Virus record (IMG/VR): IMGVR_UViG_3300031184_000007
Coordinates: 1 to 34,694 of that record
Strand: one strand, 5' to 3'
DNA: 34,694 nt
Source: a virus
Lineage: Duplodnaviria; Caudoviricetes
The notes below the pieces were generated by a model. It was not told where the DNA came from. It made no database searches and saw nothing but the letters and a program-made list of their open reading frames with translations. A program made the translations under genes and the position numbers. Below are positions 34,554 through 34,694 of this stretch, one piece after another; position 1 is the first letter of the stretch; the number at the start of each line of letters is the position of its first letter.

Positions 34554-34565
34554 ATCACCCACCAG

Positions 34566-34588
34566 AAAAAACCGACACAATCGCCGGT
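34566..34588 (-). terminator. putative intrinsic terminator after the upstream (capsid) gene
   Basis: Minus strand ACCGGC-gattgt-GTCGGT-TTTTT; a second, stronger hairpin lies at 34618-34643. Confidence 0.55.
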
Positions 34589-34664
34589 TGCTTACGTGTC
34601 ATTGCTGTAAGTGTATTCCCGGCGACGATCGTTTGTCGCCGGGTTTCGTTCGGAAGGGGAAAGA

Positions 34665-34694
34665 TTAGTTCGCGATAGCGCCGTCCGTGACAAA
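34665..34694 (-). CDS. 3' end of an upstream gene (FVTDGAIAN*), possibly major capsid or head decoration protein
   Basis: Only 10 codons visible; identity inferred from gene order and the following hairpins. Confidence 0.35.
   Translation of the reverse strand, partial: FVTDGAIAN

Noticed and set aside
11115-34668. Long + strand ORFs over the late operon (e.g. 21844-22668, 24403-25164, 33900-34610)
   Set aside because: Antisense shadows of recognisable - strand genes in GC-rich DNA, with no motifs of their own.
1-34694. Prophage versus lytic lifestyle call
   Set aside because: No integrase, repressor, att site or host flank in the window, so it cannot be decided.

Overview
The window is a piece of a tailed dsDNA phage (siphovirus-like) genome. 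An alphaproteobacterial host (Rhizobiales/Hyphomicrobiales) is inferred from a carried Omp25/RopB-type porin gene. Two arms converge at a hairpin at 11081-11116. The + strand arm (1-11077) holds the 3' part of a UvrD-like helicase, about 30 small early/accessory genes, duplicated sigma70 promoters, the porin gene and several structured non-coding stretches, two of them tRNA-like. The - strand arm (34694 to 11151) is the late operon: probable end of the capsid gene, head-tail joining, tail, tape measure, baseplate, fibre and lysis genes. Main observations: (1) about 13 glycan-building and methylating enzymes are translationally coupled into the head module (3 KpsS-like GT-B, 2 GT-A, 1 Maf/GT42-like, 2 FkbM and 5 other SAM methyltransferases), suggesting a methylated virion glycan coat. 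(2) A second predicted -1 frameshift (G GGA AAC, the same heptamer as in the tail chaperone) would fuse the post-capsid protein to the first transferase. (3) A non-palindromic 12-mer, ATGRTCACAGGG, occurs 10 times exactly, always on the + strand regardless of gene direction. (4) One secreted-protein gene is enclosed by a 24-nt long-range RNA stem. Family assignments come from motif recognition by eye; no database searches were run.
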